A stretch of DNA of 64,000 nt from the NCBI GenBank assembly GCA_018673215.1, contig JABHDE010000077.1, positions 3,827 through 67,826 on the forward strand, read 5' to 3'. The notes below the pieces were generated by a model. That model was not told the DNA's origin. It saw only the letters and a list, made by a program, of their open reading frames with translations, and made no database searches. A program made the position numbers and the translations under genes. Positions within the stretch are counted from its first letter, which is position 1; the number at the start of each line of letters is the position of its first letter. The DNA comes from Formosa sp. (lineage in GTDB: Bacteria; Bacteroidota; Bacteroidia; Flavobacteriales; Flavobacteriaceae). Positions 38,252 through 48,799 of this stretch are shown piece after piece.

Positions 38252-39562
38252 TTACCCTCCAAAATCATCAAACCGAATGTGCTCATCTGGGATTCCATAA
38301 TCTTCACCCATTTTTTGAACCGCTTGGTTCATTAAAGGAGGTCCACAGAAATACAGTTCGATATCTTCAGGTGACTCGTGATGGCTTAAATAATTATCGA
38401 TCACACAATTGTGGATAAATCCAACAAAACCGTCTCCTTCGCCATCGATGCCATCTTTTACTTTCCAGTTATCTTCTTCCATAGGTTCGGATAAGGCTAA
38501 ATAAAATTTGAAATTTGGAAATTCTTTTTCTAATTGCTCGAAATGGTCTAGATAAAATAATTCTCTTTTAGAACGTCCACCATACCAATAAGTGACTTTA
38601 CGGCCTGTTTTGAGAGTTCTAAACAAGTGGTACAAATGCGAACGCATTGGTGCCATACCAGCACCACCACCAACGTATAACATTTCAGACTCACTTTCAT
38701 TAATAAAGAATTCACCGTAAGGTCCAGAGATAGTTACTTTATCTCCTGGTTTTTGCGCAAAAATATACGAGGATGCAATTCCTGGATTTACGTCCATCCA
38801 TCCATTATTAGCACGGTCCCATGGTGGCGTAGCTATACGCACATTTAACATGATTTCGCGTCCTTCTGCTGGGTAAGATGCCATTGAATAGGCACGCTCT
38901 ACCGTTTCACTATTTTTCATAGTTAGTGGCCATAGACCAAATTTGTCCCATTCCGCTTGAAACTTGTCTGGAGTTTCGTGTTCTTCAGGATGTGCTGTAA
39001 TGTCAATATCCTTAAAGTTAATTTCACATTCTGGAATTTCAATCTGGATATACCCCCCAGCTTTGTACCCCATATCTTCTGGGATTTCCACTACGAATTC
39101 TTTAATAAAAGAGGCAACATTATAGTTACGTACAACAGTTGCTTCCCACTTTTTAATCCCAAACACTTCTTCTGGAATGGTAATTTCCTTGTCTTGTTTC
39201 ACTTTTACCTGACAGGACAAACGGGCCCCACTTTTTAGCTCTTTTCTTGAGAAGTGAGGAGTTTCTGTTGGCAAGGCTTCACCTCCACCTGAGAGAACAT
39301 GACATTCGCATTGAATACAGGTTCCACCACCACCACAAGCAGATGGTAAAAATATTTTATTGGACCCAAGAGTCGATAATAAAGTAGCTCCTGAAGCCAC
39401 TTCAATTTCACGTTCACCATTAATAAGAATCTTTACAGGTCCTGATGGTGATAATTTTTGTTTTACAAAAAGGAGTACACTAATTAATAGCAACGAGGTC
39501 ACTAAAAATGCTACAACGGTAGCTAAAATGGTTCCGGTTGTTCCAGCGGCTAAAATCATCAT
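38252..39562 (-). CDS. nqrF: Na+-translocating NADH:quinone reductase subunit F
   Basis: SACGGGGTCIQC 2Fe-2S motif, RAYSMA, GGGAGMAP, CGPP, DDFGG. Confidence 0.97.
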   Translation of the reverse strand: MMILAAGTTGTILATVVAFLVTSLLLISVLLFVKQKLSPSGPVKILINGEREIEVASGATLLSTLGSNKIFLPSACGGGGTCIQCECHVLSGGGEALPTETPHFSRKELKSGARLSCQVKVKQDKEITIPEEVFGIKKWEATVVRNYNVASFIKEFVVEIPEDMGYKAGGYIQIEIPECEINFKDIDITAHPEEHETPDKFQAEWDKFGLWPLTMKNSETVERAYSMASYPAEGREIMLNVRIATPPWDRANNGWMDVNPGIASSYIFAQKPGDKVTISGPYGEFFINESESEMLYVGGGAGMAPMRSHLYHLFRTLKTGRKVTYWYGGRSKRELFYLDHFEQLEKEFPNFKFYLALSEPMEEDNWKVKDGIDGEGDGFVGFIHNCVIDNYLSHHESPEDIELYFCGPPLMNQAVQKMGEDYGIPDEHIRFDDFGG

Positions 39563-39563
39563 A

Positions 39564-40277
39564 TTAGTTAACTATTTTTATTTGATTATCTACTTCTGCT
39601 TCGAGTTCTGTAGTTTCAGATATTACTTCTTTTGGGGCTTCTTTTACTTCTTCGTCACCTCCTGTTAGCATTCCACCAAAACTTAAAAAACCAATCCCCA
39701 TAAGTCCAGTAACAATGAATGTTATCCCTAAACCTCTAAGAGGTGCAGGTACATTAGAATAACGGATTTTTTCGCGAATGGCAGCAATGGCTAAAATGGC
39801 TAAAAACCAACCAATTCCTGATGATATGCCGTAATTAACAGCCAGCCCTAAAGTTTCGATTTCACGCGCTTGCATGAACAAAGAGCCTCCAAGTATCGCG
39901 CAGTTTACCGCGATTAAGGGTAAGAAAATACCTAGTGAATTGTAGAGAGATGGTGAAAACTTTTCAACTACAATTTCTACGAGCTGAACCATGGTTGCTA
40001 TCGTTGCTATAAACATAATGAACGAAAGGAAACTAAGGTCATATTCTGCAAATTCTGGACCTAACCAAACTAATGCACCAGGTTGTAATAAATATTGGTC
40101 TAACAACCAGTTTAGAGGCACTGTGATGGCAAGTACAAAAATAACGGCGGCACCAAGTCCAACAGCGGTTGCTACTTTTTTAGAGACGGCTAAATATGAG
40201 CACATACCCAAGAAAACCGCAAACACCATATTATCAATGAAAATTGATTTGAAAAATAATTCGATGTGTTCTATCAT
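39564..40277 (-). CDS. nqrE: Na+-NQR subunit E
   Basis: FLGMCSYLAVS, GIFLPLIAVNCAI. Confidence 0.95.
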   Translation of the reverse strand: MIEHIELFFKSIFIDNMVFAVFLGMCSYLAVSKKVATAVGLGAAVIFVLAITVPLNWLLDQYLLQPGALVWLGPEFAEYDLSFLSFIMFIATIATMVQLVEIVVEKFSPSLYNSLGIFLPLIAVNCAILGGSLFMQAREIETLGLAVNYGISSGIGWFLAILAIAAIREKIRYSNVPAPLRGLGITFIVTGLMGIGFLSFGGMLTGGDEEVKEAPKEVISETTELEAEVDNQIKIVN

Positions 40278-40298
40278 TGTCTTTTATTTAAATTCTTA

Positions 40299-40952
40299 CT
40301 AAAGAAATTTATCTTCAATTAATGTTGTGTTTCTACTACGTTGTACCCAAATAATAAGACCTACAATTATCAAGGCCATTGGGGGCATAAGCATAAATCC
40401 ATTGTTTTCATATCCTATGGAGTAGAGTCCCGTTTTCTCAATGGGATCTCCAAGTACTGGAACTCCAAAAAGGGTTCCAGACCCTAAAAGTTCTCTAAAA
40501 AACCCTACCGCTATAAGTATCACTGCGTATCCAAATGCATTTCCGATACCGTCTAAGAAAGATTTCCATGGCCCATTTCCAAGGGCAAAGGCTTCAAATC
40601 GTCCCATGATAATACAGTTGGTAATAATCAATCCAACAAATACAGAGAGTGTTTTACTTAACTCATATGCATAGGCTTTGAGTACTTGATCGACAATAAT
40701 TACTAAGGACGCTACAACAATAAGTTGAACGATAATTCTAATTTTAGAAGGAATAATATTTCGCATCAACGAGATGACAACATTTCCAATTCCTAAAACG
40801 AACAGTACTGCAATTCCCATTACTAGGGATGCTTTGAGTTCTGCCGTAATTGCTAAGGCTGAACATATCCCCAAAACTTGAATTGTAATTGGGTTGTTAT
40901 CTGCTAACGGATCCGTTATTAATTTGGCATCTTTTTTTGAAAGTAGTCCCAT
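40299..40952 (-). CDS. nqrD: Na+-NQR subunit D
   Basis: NNPITIQVLGICSALA, GLIITNCIIMGR. Confidence 0.95.
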   Translation of the reverse strand: MGLLSKKDAKLITDPLADNNPITIQVLGICSALAITAELKASLVMGIAVLFVLGIGNVVISLMRNIIPSKIRIIVQLIVVASLVIIVDQVLKAYAYELSKTLSVFVGLIITNCIIMGRFEAFALGNGPWKSFLDGIGNAFGYAVILIAVGFFRELLGSGTLFGVPVLGDPIEKTGLYSIGYENNGFMLMPPMALIIVGLIIWVQRSRNTTLIEDKFL

Positions 40953-40953
40953 G

Positions 40954-41712
40954 TTAGTTCAATTGATTTTTTAAATTTTTAAAGTATGGTAAATACAATT
41001 TTAAATCCTTTTTTATCATTGCAGACACGCCATCTCCAGTAATTGTTGCCCCTGCCAAAGCATCGACTTCATAGTCATCTTTAGTTAAGTTTTTAGGATC
41101 GTTATTTCCTTTGGCGACTGTAATTCCTTTAAAAGTACCATCTTCTGATAATAATTTTTCACCCACAAAATCATCCATAAAATAACGTTGTTTGATGTTG
41201 GCTCCCAAACCAGGAGTTTCGGCAGCATGGTCAAAAAAGGCACCTTGAACAACCATGTTTTCATCCAAAGCTACATAACCCCAAATGGCATCCCACAGTC
41301 CTTTTCCTCTGATAGGTATAATGTAAAATGATTCTCCTTCTTTCTCTCCTAAAAATAAAGGCAATAAACGAGTGCCTCCGTTTTTAGTTTTGGCTTGTTC
41401 TTTTTTGACGTCGATAAGGTAGGCTTCTGTATTTTCTTCAGAAGTACCATCTGCATTAATTATTAATTGTTTTGAGATGTATTTTGAAAATTCTCCAGCC
41501 ACTTTATCGGTTCCAATAAACTTGATGTCTGAAGCACCGTTTTCATTGACTCCCATTGCATACAGAATGTTTTGCTGTGTTTCCATACGCTTGTTCTCTT
41601 GAATATTTGGTTTCAAAGAAGAGGCTGTAAAGGCTAACAAGGATCCTACGATTACCACCATTGCAATGGCAAATAGAATCGTGTATTTGTTTGTGTCTGT
41701 ATTAGTACTCAT
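40954..41712 (-). CDS. nqrC: Na+-NQR subunit C
   Basis: GKGLW, ETPGLG, GATIT FMN-attachment motif. Confidence 0.95.
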   Translation of the reverse strand: MSTNTDTNKYTILFAIAMVVIVGSLLAFTASSLKPNIQENKRMETQQNILYAMGVNENGASDIKFIGTDKVAGEFSKYISKQLIINADGTSEENTEAYLIDVKKEQAKTKNGGTRLLPLFLGEKEGESFYIIPIRGKGLWDAIWGYVALDENMVVQGAFFDHAAETPGLGANIKQRYFMDDFVGEKLLSEDGTFKGITVAKGNNDPKNLTKDDYEVDALAGATITGDGVSAMIKKDLKLYLPYFKNLKNQLN

Positions 41713-41714
41713 AT

Positions 41715-42920
41715 TTATGCAGTTTTAACATTAAGACGTTTCATTCGTTTTTTGACATTTCCTTGAACCACATAATGATCGATGGTTGGCGCAAATACAT
41801 TCATCAGAAGAATGGCTAAAAAGACACCTTCTGGATAGGCAGGGTTAAACACTCGAATCATGATGGAGATAAACCCAATCAAAAATCCATAAATCCATTT
41901 TCCTTTGTTGGTTTGGGCAGCTGTTACAGGATCGGTTGCCATAAATACGGCTCCAAATAAAATACTTCCTATTATTAAATGTTGCCAAAATGGAACACTC
42001 ATTAATCCGTAAAACTTGCTTGAACTTGAAATCCAACCCGCATCTACAACGCCGTTAAAAATCAGTCCCATTGTAAGGGCTCCTATAAGGGTGCTTAAAA
42101 TGATTCTCCAGCTTCCAATTTTTGTAAATATTAAAAAGAGAGCTCCCAAAATGATTAACAATTTTGAGGTTTCTCCTACAGAACCTGGGATGATCCCCCA
42201 GAACATATCCCAATAATCATAGATCACTGAATTGTTTTGAGCATAACTACCTAAAATTGTTTCACCTGAAATGGCATCTGCTGTTCCAGCACGTTCCACT
42301 GCTCCGTGAACCCAAACTTTATCTCCACTCATCCATGTTGGATACGCAAAGAATAGGAAGGCACGAATGGTCAGTGCAGGATTCAAAATATTCATCCCTG
42401 TACCTCCAAAGACTTCTTTTCCAATAACCACGCCAAAAGCGACGGCAACTGCAAGCATCCAAAGCGGTAAATCAATAGGAACGATGAGTGGCACTAACAT
42501 TCCGGTTACTAAGTAACCTTCTTCAACTTCGTGTCCTTTAATAACTGCAAACAAAAATTCGATTGCCAATCCAACTCCATAAGATACAACTACCAAAGGC
42601 AATACTTTCCACATTCCTATGACTAAATTGCTCCAAGTCCAAAAAGATCCACCTAAAAAACCTTGAGCAGACTCAATAGTTCCCAGTGCCAAATGGTGTT
42701 GGTAACCCGCATTAAACATTCCAAAAATCAAACAAGGTACCATAGCCATAATGACGGTATTCATGGTACGCTTTAAATCATCGGCAGCCTTGATGTGCGT
42801 ACCATTGTGCGTGATTTCGTTTGGTAAATATAAAAAGGTGTGTAAGGCATTGAAAGCAGGAGCCATTTTTGTGTCTCTGTACTTTTCTTTAATGGTATGT
42901 AATTTATTCTTTAAACTCAT
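41715..42920 (-). CDS. nqrB: Na+-NQR subunit B
   Basis: DLKRTM, KEVFGGTG.N, SGET FMN site, MATDP. Confidence 0.95.
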   Translation of the reverse strand: MSLKNKLHTIKEKYRDTKMAPAFNALHTFLYLPNEITHNGTHIKAADDLKRTMNTVIMAMVPCLIFGMFNAGYQHHLALGTIESAQGFLGGSFWTWSNLVIGMWKVLPLVVVSYGVGLAIEFLFAVIKGHEVEEGYLVTGMLVPLIVPIDLPLWMLAVAVAFGVVIGKEVFGGTGMNILNPALTIRAFLFFAYPTWMSGDKVWVHGAVERAGTADAISGETILGSYAQNNSVIYDYWDMFWGIIPGSVGETSKLLIILGALFLIFTKIGSWRIILSTLIGALTMGLIFNGVVDAGWISSSSKFYGLMSVPFWQHLIIGSILFGAVFMATDPVTAAQTNKGKWIYGFLIGFISIMIRVFNPAYPEGVFLAILLMNVFAPTIDHYVVQGNVKKRMKRLNVKTA

Positions 42921-42921
42921 T

Positions 42922-44277
42922 TTATCCTATTTCTTTAAGCATTAAGTCTAGTCCTTCTCTAATTATTTTTTGATGTGGTTGTTTAGACACACATACAAAT
43001 TCAGTCAACGCAAAATCTTCGGGCGCTACTTCATACATTCCAAGTGCCTCCATTTCGTCAAGATCTTGATACATACAAGCCTTTAGAATTTGCATTGGAA
43101 AGATATCTAATGGAAAAACTTCTTCATAAGATCCTGTAATTACAAAAGCTCTATGTTCTCCGTTTGTATTGGTGTTTAAGTCAAATTTTTTATTTGGAGT
43201 CATCCACGAAAACGTCAAAGCCCTTGAGGTGGATATCTTGTTAAAAACAGGTTTATTCCATCCAAAAAATTCATAATCATCTCCTTCTGGAATCACCGTT
43301 ACCACATTAGAGTAATACCCTAAATAGCCATCTGGTTTAATTTCTTTTCCACTTAAAACATTTCCAGAAATAATTCTTACATGCGCATCTTTTTCAATCC
43401 CACGGTCGTAAACCATGGTTGCGATTTCGCTACCAATTTTAGTAACTAAATAGCGTGGCTCTTTGATACCTGATCCGGCAAGTGCCACTATACGTTCGGC
43501 ATTGAATTTACCTGTTAAAAGTAATTCACCAATAATAACCAAATCTTGAGGTGTTACGGTCCAAACAACTTCACCTTTATTTATAGGGTCGATTTTATTG
43601 ATGAGAGTTCCGACATTTCCTGATGGGTGTGGCCCTGAAACCTTATGAGTTACAACATCTTCTAAATTGGTAAAAGGAGAATGTGAATCTTTAGAAACAC
43701 TCACATTTATATTTCCAGTAGTTAATTTTGAAAGGGCAGTAACGGCTGCTTGTAGTTCTGCTTTTTTATCTGTTAATACAAAATCATAATCGGCTGCTAA
43801 AGGAGCAGAAGCATAGGCAGAAACAAAAATTCCTTTTGGAGTGCTCTCTGGATTTGCAATCACATCATAGGGACGTTGCATGATAAAAGGCCAGCAACCA
43901 GAAGCTAGTAATTTTGCTTTAATTTCTTCAGCTTTTGCACTTTCAACTTCAATTTTTTGGTGGTCCAAAAATGTTTGAGTTTTATCGGCTTGGATTTTAA
44001 CTTCTAATATACGACGTTTCTCACCTCTTAAAATTTCAACAATTTCTCCAGAAACAGGTGAAACAAATTGAATAGATTCGTTGGATTTATCGTAAAAAAT
44101 AGGCTCACCAGCTTGCACTTTGGTGCCCGCTTTTACTAATAATTTAGGTGTGAGTCCGTGAAAATCTTCAGGTCTAATACTGTAAAAGTTACTTTTAATG
44201 GCATCACTTTTTATTAAGGCTGCCTCCCCTACTAACTTAATATCTAACCCTTTTTTAATTCGGATGTCGTTGGACAT
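42922..44277 (-). CDS. nqrA: Na+-NQR subunit A
   Basis: IKKGLDI, SPVSG, GPHPSGN, PEDFALTEFVC.SK. Confidence 0.95.
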   Translation of the reverse strand: MSNDIRIKKGLDIKLVGEAALIKSDAIKSNFYSIRPEDFHGLTPKLLVKAGTKVQAGEPIFYDKSNESIQFVSPVSGEIVEILRGEKRRILEVKIQADKTQTFLDHQKIEVESAKAEEIKAKLLASGCWPFIMQRPYDVIANPESTPKGIFVSAYASAPLAADYDFVLTDKKAELQAAVTALSKLTTGNINVSVSKDSHSPFTNLEDVVTHKVSGPHPSGNVGTLINKIDPINKGEVVWTVTPQDLVIIGELLLTGKFNAERIVALAGSGIKEPRYLVTKIGSEIATMVYDRGIEKDAHVRIISGNVLSGKEIKPDGYLGYYSNVVTVIPEGDDYEFFGWNKPVFNKISTSRALTFSWMTPNKKFDLNTNTNGEHRAFVITGSYEEVFPLDIFPMQILKACMYQDLDEMEALGMYEVAPEDFALTEFVCVSKQPHQKIIREGLDLMLKEIG

Positions 44278-44314
44278 AGGTAATTTTTGTTGAATTATTA
44301 TCTAAAAAACGCTG

Positions 44315-44322
44315 CAAAATTA
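44315..44322 (-). promoter_or_regulatory. -7 promoter element TAATTTTG for the nqr operon
   Basis: Exact TAnnTTTG match on minus strand. Confidence 0.5.
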
Positions 44323-44435
44323 CAAATTTAATGTACAGTTTACACAATAAATACTAACATTTTTTTAATAAAAGTCTGCAATTTATTTTAGGTACAAAAT
44401 TTGTTTATATTTACGTTGTATTTTATAAAATTCAC

Positions 44436-45677
44436 ATGCTTAAACATATTTATATTTCATTTCTTTTACTGGTGTCTACTACTAGTTTTTCACAAATAAA
44501 AGAAGTTGAACCAAATGATTTCGTTAAAACAATCAACTTCAAAAGCAATACCAATCAATCTGAATTACCCATTTTAACTTTAAATGAACGCTTGTATTTA
44601 GAATTTGACGTACTGAGCCCGGATGAGGAGGACTACTATTATGTCATTGAACATTATAATTATGATTGGACTGAATCTAACTTAATGAAGTCTGAATACC
44701 TTCAGGGACTCGACAACTTACGAATTGTGAATTATGAAAACTCTTTCAATACCTATCAAATTTATTCTAATTATCGACTCCAAATTCCCAATAAACAAAC
44801 ACGACTCAAGGTAACCGGTAATTATTTAATTAAAATTTATGATGAAAACGACCAAATTGTGTTTAGCCGTAAGTTTATGGTCTATGAAAACTTAGCAAAT
44901 GTTGGAATACAACTAAAACGATCGCGTGATGTAAGGCATGTAAACACAAAACAATCCGTTGATTTTGTAATTAATACAACCAACTACAATTTTAATAACC
45001 CCAAACAAACAGTTAACACAGTGATCCTTCAAAACAACAACTTAAAAACAGCTATTTCGGGTTTGAAACCTCAATATATCTTAGGAAATGAATTGATTTA
45101 TCGCTATACCACTGAATCCTCTTTTTGGGGTGGAAACGAGTATTTATATTTCGAAACTAAAGATGTAAGAGGAACAAATTTAGGAGTTCAGTTTACTGAA
45201 TTGGAGGATTTATATCACAGTTATTTATATTTGGACAGCAATCGATATAACAGAGGCTATACTTACAATCCAGACATCAACGGGAATTTTCAAATTACTA
45301 TTTTAGATCGTGACAACCCTTCCATTGAGGCTGATTATACCGTTGTTCATTTTTCACTCTTAAATCCAGAACTGTCAAATGAATCCATCTATGTTTACGG
45401 AGCCTTTAATAATTACGCCTTAAACTCTTCTAATCAAATGGTTTTCAACCCAGAGAGTGGCGTTTATGAAATTGCCATAAAACTAAAACAAGGATTTTAC
45501 AATTACAAATACGTACTTGTGAATGCTCAAGGAAAATTAGAGGAAGGTGTGATTAGTGGTGATTTTTATGAAACTGAAAACAACTATAAAGTACTCGTTT
45601 ATTATAGAGACTTGGGTGCACGCTACGATCGCATCGTAGGTTTTGGAGAAGGCACTTCTACACAAATAGGTAATTAA
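44436..45677 (+). CDS. DUF5103 protein, probable T9SS Plug
   Basis: Signal peptide; H.N.DW, F.GGNEY, DING.F, KQGFYNY.Y, G.FYETEN.Y. Confidence 0.75.
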   Translation: MLKHIYISFLLLVSTTSFSQIKEVEPNDFVKTINFKSNTNQSELPILTLNERLYLEFDVLSPDEEDYYYVIEHYNYDWTESNLMKSEYLQGLDNLRIVNYENSFNTYQIYSNYRLQIPNKQTRLKVTGNYLIKIYDENDQIVFSRKFMVYENLANVGIQLKRSRDVRHVNTKQSVDFVINTTNYNFNNPKQTVNTVILQNNNLKTAISGLKPQYILGNELIYRYTTESSFWGGNEYLYFETKDVRGTNLGVQFTELEDLYHSYLYLDSNRYNRGYTYNPDINGNFQITILDRDNPSIEADYTVVHFSLLNPELSNESIYVYGAFNNYALNSSNQMVFNPESGVYEIAIKLKQGFYNYKYVLVNAQGKLEEGVISGDFYETENNYKVLVYYRDLGARYDRIVGFGEGTSTQIGN

Positions 45678-45780
45678 TACGCTTGGAATTTAATTCCTAT
45701 TTTATAATACAGACACAACAAGACAGAGCTTTTTATTAAATAATTTTTTAGTTTGACTAAATTTACTATTTTTATACGCT

Positions 45781-46167
45781 ATGATTGAGCAAATTACCAA
45801 AGGAATTAAAATTTCAATAGAATCCAACTTTGAAGGCACCTTCAACAAGGATGACTGTATTCATTATGCATTTAGTTATGGAGTTGTTATTGAAAATAAA
45901 AGTCACGAAGTTGCACAGCTAATTGCGAGAAAATGGATTATCATGGAAGCCCTGAACGAAAATGAAATTGTGATTGGTGAAGGAGTGGTTGGCGAAAAAC
46001 CCATTCTTTTACCTGGTGATCGTCACACATACAACTCAGGATGTGTTTTGAAATCTCCTTTTGGAGCTATGAAAGGTAGCTACCTAATGGTAAATCCCTC
46101 CAATTCAGAACAATTCAAGGTCACAATTCCAACTTTTAAATTAAGTGCCTCATTTGCACAAAATTAA
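45781..46167 (+). CDS. apaG: ApaG domain protein
   Basis: QLIARKWII, GEGVVGEKP, YNSGC, GAMKGSY. Confidence 0.92.
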   Translation: MIEQITKGIKISIESNFEGTFNKDDCIHYAFSYGVVIENKSHEVAQLIARKWIIMEALNENEIVIGEGVVGEKPILLPGDRHTYNSGCVLKSPFGAMKGSYLMVNPSNSEQFKVTIPTFKLSASFAQN

Positions 46168-46244
46168 ACTACATTTTAAACTTAAACATCGACTATAAAG
46201 TGTAGTTTTACACTTTAATAGCACACACTAAAAAAACAAACATC

Positions 46245-47873
46245 ATGGGAAAAGGATTTTTTAAGGTTCCAGTTGCAATAAATGAACCTGTCAAATCATA
46301 TGAGCCAGGTTCTCCGGAACGTGAAGAAGTACTCTCAACTTATAAGACAATGCTAAAGGAAACTCTAGAAGTTCCAATGTACATAAATGGCAAATATATA
46401 AGATCAGGAAACACACAAACAATGCATCCTCCGCACGATCATCAGCATGTTTTAGGGTCGTATCATACCGCTGAAAAAACGCATGTAGAAACAGCGATTG
46501 CTACCGCTTTGGAAGCGCGAAAATCTTGGTCACAACTCCCTTGGGAACAACGTGCAGGAATTTTTCTTCGTGCAGCCGAATTAATAGCGGGGCCATATCG
46601 AGCAAAAATAAATGCCTCTACAATGATTGGACAATCTAAAACAGTTTTTCAAGCTGAGATTGATGCTGCCTGTGAGTTTGTAGATTTCTTAAGATTCAAC
46701 GTTCAGTTTATGATCGATATTTATAAAGATCAACCTCAAAGTACGAGTGCCGCTTGGAATCGAATCGAATACCGACCCCTCGAAGGGTTTACCTATGCAG
46801 TTTCTCCATTTAACTTTACATCCATCGCGGGGAATCTTCCTGCCTGTATGGCCTTAATGGGTAATGTTGTGGTATGGAAACCAAGTGACAGTCAAGCCTA
46901 TTCTGCAAAAATTATTATGGATATTTTTGAAGAAGCTGGTATCCCCCCAGGAGTCATTAATGTAGTTTTTGGAGATCCTGTGATGATTACGGATACCGTT
47001 TTGGCGAGCCCCGATTTTTCTGGACTTCACTTTACAGGATCAACCCACATTTTTAAAGAACTTTGGAAACAAGTTGGAACTAATATTCACAACTACAAAA
47101 CTTATCCGAGGATTGTTGGCGAAACAGGTGGAAAAGATTTTATAGTCGCACACCCTTCGGCACATGCCAAACAGGTTGCGACCGGAATGTTAAGAGGTGC
47201 TTATGAGTTTCAAGGGCAAAAATGCAGCGCAGCTTCTAGAGCCTACATTCCTCAAAGCTTGTGGCCTGAAATTAAAGCCTTTTTAATTTCAGAAATGAAA
47301 ACATTTAAAATGGGATCGCCTGAAGATCTAACAAACTTTATAACAGCAGTAATTCACGAAGGGTCCTTTGATAAGCTTGCAGGATTTATAGATCGAGCTA
47401 AAGAAGATGCTGATGCAACTATTATTGCTGGAGGAAACTATGACAAGAGTAAAGGTTACTTTATAGAACCAACACTTATTGAAACGACCAATCCAAACTA
47501 TGCAACAATGAGCACCGAATTATTTGGCCCTGTGATGACAGTCTATGTTTATGAAGACTCTGCATATGAAGCCACTTTAAAACTTGTAGACGAAACAAGC
47601 GAATATGCGCTGACAGGCGCTATCTTTTCAACGGATAGATATGCAGCTACATTAGCTACTAAATTGCTAGAAAATGCTGCTGGAAACTTTTATATTAATG
47701 ACAAGCCTTCGGGTGCTGTTGTAGGACAACAACCTTTTGGGGGAGCACGTGCTTCTGGAACCAACGACAAAGCAGGGTCTGCTCAGAATTTATTACGTTG
47801 GGTTTCACCACGAATGATTAAAGAAACCTTTGTAACACCAACAGATTATCGCTATCCTTTTTTAGGAGAATAA
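46245..47873 (+). CDS. pruA: L-glutamate gamma-semialdehyde (P5C) dehydrogenase
   Basis: AEIDAACE..DFLRFN, SPFNFT, GETGGK, QGQKCSA, INDKPSGAVVGQQPFGG. Confidence 0.95.
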   Translation: MGKGFFKVPVAINEPVKSYEPGSPEREEVLSTYKTMLKETLEVPMYINGKYIRSGNTQTMHPPHDHQHVLGSYHTAEKTHVETAIATALEARKSWSQLPWEQRAGIFLRAAELIAGPYRAKINASTMIGQSKTVFQAEIDAACEFVDFLRFNVQFMIDIYKDQPQSTSAAWNRIEYRPLEGFTYAVSPFNFTSIAGNLPACMALMGNVVVWKPSDSQAYSAKIIMDIFEEAGIPPGVINVVFGDPVMITDTVLASPDFSGLHFTGSTHIFKELWKQVGTNIHNYKTYPRIVGETGGKDFIVAHPSAHAKQVATGMLRGAYEFQGQKCSAASRAYIPQSLWPEIKAFLISEMKTFKMGSPEDLTNFITAVIHEGSFDKLAGFIDRAKEDADATIIAGGNYDKSKGYFIEPTLIETTNPNYATMSTELFGPVMTVYVYEDSAYEATLKLVDETSEYALTGAIFSTDRYAATLATKLLENAAGNFYINDKPSGAVVGQQPFGGARASGTNDKAGSAQNLLRWVSPRMIKETFVTPTDYRYPFLGE

Positions 47874-47890
47874 CCCATTGATTTCAATTC

Positions 47891-47918
47891 AAAAAGCCAC
47901 TCAATGAGTGGCTTTTTT
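47891..47918 (+). terminator. Intrinsic (bidirectional-type) terminator
   Basis: AAAAAGCCACTC-AAT-GAGTGGCTTTTTT perfect stem. Confidence 0.85.
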
Positions 47919-48227
47919 GTGTGTGAAAACTATAAATTTTAATAAGTTCGGTAATCTTCTTTAAATAAGCCTAAAAAAATACTGACTTTTTTATGTATGT
48001 TTATTTTGGTTTAACAAAATATTGAGTTCTTTCTACACCGACTTCCTTTGCGTTGTAACTATTATTGTTAATTAAACGTTTAGTAGATCACTTTAAAAAA
48101 CCAGCATCTCGAGGTAAATCAAAATTGCATATTAAGTTAAATAGTATTTTGTATATTTAGTTTATCAAATTATTCATTTTATTAAACAAAATAATAATAT
48201 GTTTGTAGTGAGTATAAAAACATTGTT

Positions 48228-48710
48228 ATGAAAAAAACTATATATATTTTAGTATTTAGCTTGAGCTTCACACTTTTTGCACAAGAACAATTACCAAACA
48301 CAACCCTGAAAACACTATCTGGCTCCAACACGACCTTGGGTGAAATCGCTGCTGAAAATGATCTCATTGTAGTTTCGCTTTGGGCAACATGGTGTGTTCC
48401 ATGTAAAAACGAATTGGATGCTGTCGCAGATGTATATGACGATTGGGTTTCAGAAACAGGTGTAATTTATTATGCAGTCTCAATTGACGATCCCAGAACT
48501 GCCAAACGAGTCAGACCAATGATTAATGGTAAAGGATGGGAGTTTGAAATTTTGCTGGATGAAAACAGCGATTTAAAACGTGCTTTTGGTGTAAGCACAG
48601 TTCCCTACACAATTATTATTAAATCTGGTGAGATTGTATTCAAACATACTGGATACACACCCGGGTTTGAAGATGAACTTTACGAAAAAATTGTCGCCCT
48701 GAAAGACTAA
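48228..48710 (+). CDS. TlpA-family exported thiol-disulfide oxidoreductase
   Basis: Signal peptide; WATWCVPC; cis-Pro VP. Confidence 0.9.
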   Translation: MKKTIYILVFSLSFTLFAQEQLPNTTLKTLSGSNTTLGEIAAENDLIVVSLWATWCVPCKNELDAVADVYDDWVSETGVIYYAVSIDDPRTAKRVRPMINGKGWEFEILLDENSDLKRAFGVSTVPYTIIIKSGEIVFKHTGYTPGFEDELYEKIVALKD

Positions 48711-48799
48711 CGCTTTCAAGCCGGACTAAACACTTTATTTCGAGGGGGTACTCGCATCAACTTAACTCGTATTTGATTAAATAATTAAAATCCATTAAA

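Noticed and set aside
48001-48069. Minus-strand peptide NNNSYNAKEVGVERTQYFVKPK*, faintly like the C-terminus of an Omp28-type protein near the TlpA/DUF6029 pair
   Set aside because: Only 22 codons with no start; similarity cannot be supported without a search
48751-48764. Small CGAG-GGGGTA-CTCG hairpin between TlpA and the barrel gene
   Set aside because: A 4-bp stem is too weak to call a regulatory RNA
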